From the IMG/VR virus record IMGVR_UViG_3300044608_000444, positions 1 to 24,310 of that record: a DNA stretch of 24,310 bases; one strand, written 5' to 3'. The DNA comes from a virus (taxonomy: Duplodnaviria; Caudoviricetes). The position numbers were made by a program, and so were the translations under genes. Shown one piece after another: positions 23,211-24,310 of this stretch. The notes below the pieces were generated by a model that was not told the origin of the DNA, made no database searches, and saw only the letters and a list, made by a program, of their open reading frames with translations. Each line of letters begins with the position of its first letter. Position 1 is the stretch's first letter.

Positions 23211-24310
23211 TTGGACATCATCGACAACAAGGCACTGCTCTTGACCCTGCGCAATCCGCAACGGGTCACCACGGTCATACCTAAGAGCAAAGAACTACCC
23301 AATAACCAAGTACTGGTTAAGTGGGGGCTGGACGAGGCCCAAGTTCTCAAGAACCTCAAGATCAGGAACGTGCCCTCACCCATCCTGGGGCACTACAACT
23401 GGCCCGGGAAGCACAAGCCCTTCGACCACCAGAAGGACACCGCTGCATTCCTCACCCTGCACCGCCGTGCGTTTTGCTTCAACGAGCAAGGCACGGGCAA
23501 GACGGGCAGCGTCATCTGGGCATCTGACTACCTGCTCAAGCAAGGCCGCATCAAGCGCGTACTGGTGATCTGCCCCCTGTCCATCATGGACAGCGCGTGG
23601 CGTGCAGACCTGTTCAAGTTCGCCTTGCACCGCTCGGTGGACATCGCATACGGCAGTGCCGACAAGCGCAGGGCCGTACTCAACGGCGACTCCGAATACG
23701 TCATCATCAACTATGACGGGGTGGAGATCGTGCAGGACGAGATCGCCAACGGTGGGTTCGACCTGATCGTTGTCGATGAAGCCAACGCCTACAAGAACGC
23801 CATGACCAAGCGGTGGAAGGTGCTCCTCTCCCTGCTCAAGCCCGACACATGGCTGTGGATGCTCACGGGCACCCCCGCTGCGCAGTCACCCCTGGATGCG
23901 TACGGCATCGCCAAGTTGGTCAATCCCAACGGTGTGCCCCGGTACTTCTCATCCTTCAAGGACATGGTGATGCTCAAGGTATCCAACTATCGGTGGGTAC
24001 CCAAGGACACGGCCACGAACATCGTCTTCCAAGCCCTACAACCTGCCATTCGGTACACCAAGGACGAGTGCCTGGACTTGCCGGAGATGACCTACGTCAA
24101 GCGCAAGATCGAACTGACCAAGCAGCAGGAGAAGTACTACAACCTGCTCAAGAACAAGATGGTGATGCAGGCAGGGGGCGAGGAGATCACGTCGGTCAAC
24201 GCCGCCGTGAACATGAACAAGTTGCTTCAGATCTCCTGCGGTGCCGTCTACTCCGACACGGGCGAGGTGCTTGAGTTCGACATCAGCAAGCGATACGCCG
24301 TGCTCAAGGA
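23211..24310 (+). CDS. SNF2-family (superfamily 2) helicase, truncated at the window end
   Basis: Not in the ORF track. TTG start (MDIIDNKALLL...); PFDHQ Q-motif, NEQGTGKT Walker A, VICPLS, INYDG, IVVDEA Walker B, LTGTP motif III. Confidence 0.9.
   Translation, partial: MDIIDNKALLLTLRNPQRVTTVIPKSKELPNNQVLVKWGLDEAQVLKNLKIRNVPSPILGHYNWPGKHKPFDHQKDTAAFLTLHRRAFCFNEQGTGKTGSVIWASDYLLKQGRIKRVLVICPLSIMDSAWRADLFKFALHRSVDIAYGSADKRRAVLNGDSEYVIINYDGVEIVQDEIANGGFDLIVVDEANAYKNAMTKRWKVLLSLLKPDTWLWMLTGTPAAQSPLDAYGIAKLVNPNGVPRYFSSFKDMVMLKVSNYRWVPKDTATNIVFQALQPAIRYTKDECLDLPEMTYVKRKIELTKQQEKYYNLLKNKMVMQAGGEEITSVNAAVNMNKLLQISCGAVYSDTGEVLEFDISKRYAVLK

Noticed and set aside
23813-24274. 153-aa + strand ORF near the window end
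   Set aside because: Out-of-frame overlap with the SNF2 helicase, which the track missed because it has no stop in the window
1-24310. tRNA, rRNA, integrase or IS elements
   Set aside because: No cloverleaf, rRNA-like, recombinase or transposase signatures recognised by eye; tRNAscan-SE was not run

Overview
24.3 kb fragment of a tailed dsDNA bacteriophage (Caudoviricetes, GC-rich, podovirus-like layout) with two divergent arms. Left arm (- strand, 7590->1) is the head-morphogenesis module: terminase small and large subunits, portal, an inserted GT-A glycosyltransferase with a DxH motif, a small conserved protein, a GroES-like co-chaperonin, a scaffold-like protein, a conserved hypothetical and the start of a virion protein. 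A mostly non-coding control region (7600-9475) holds G-tracts, an isolated monocistronic gene, iteron-like ACTGTTCG repeats, an IHF-consensus site and palindromic operator-like sites. Right arm (+ strand, 9476->end) is the early/replication module: small early ORFs, a DUF3150-like / MoxR-type AAA+ / HExxH-vWA triad, HTH proteins, VRR-NUC nuclease, DGQHR/ParB-like protein, three tiny membrane peptides, DUF3310, family A DNA polymerase (Leu at the 762-equivalent position), Cas4/RecB-like nuclease, HNH-like protein and a truncated SNF2-type helicase. The most unusual signals are two intergenic, apparently pseudoknotted RNA elements (13989-14139 and 23063-23188) that share CCCCTTGACC, a repeated promoter-hairpin-palindrome cassette, and a possible -1 frameshift. 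Product calls rest on motifs recognised by eye; no database search or folding program was run.
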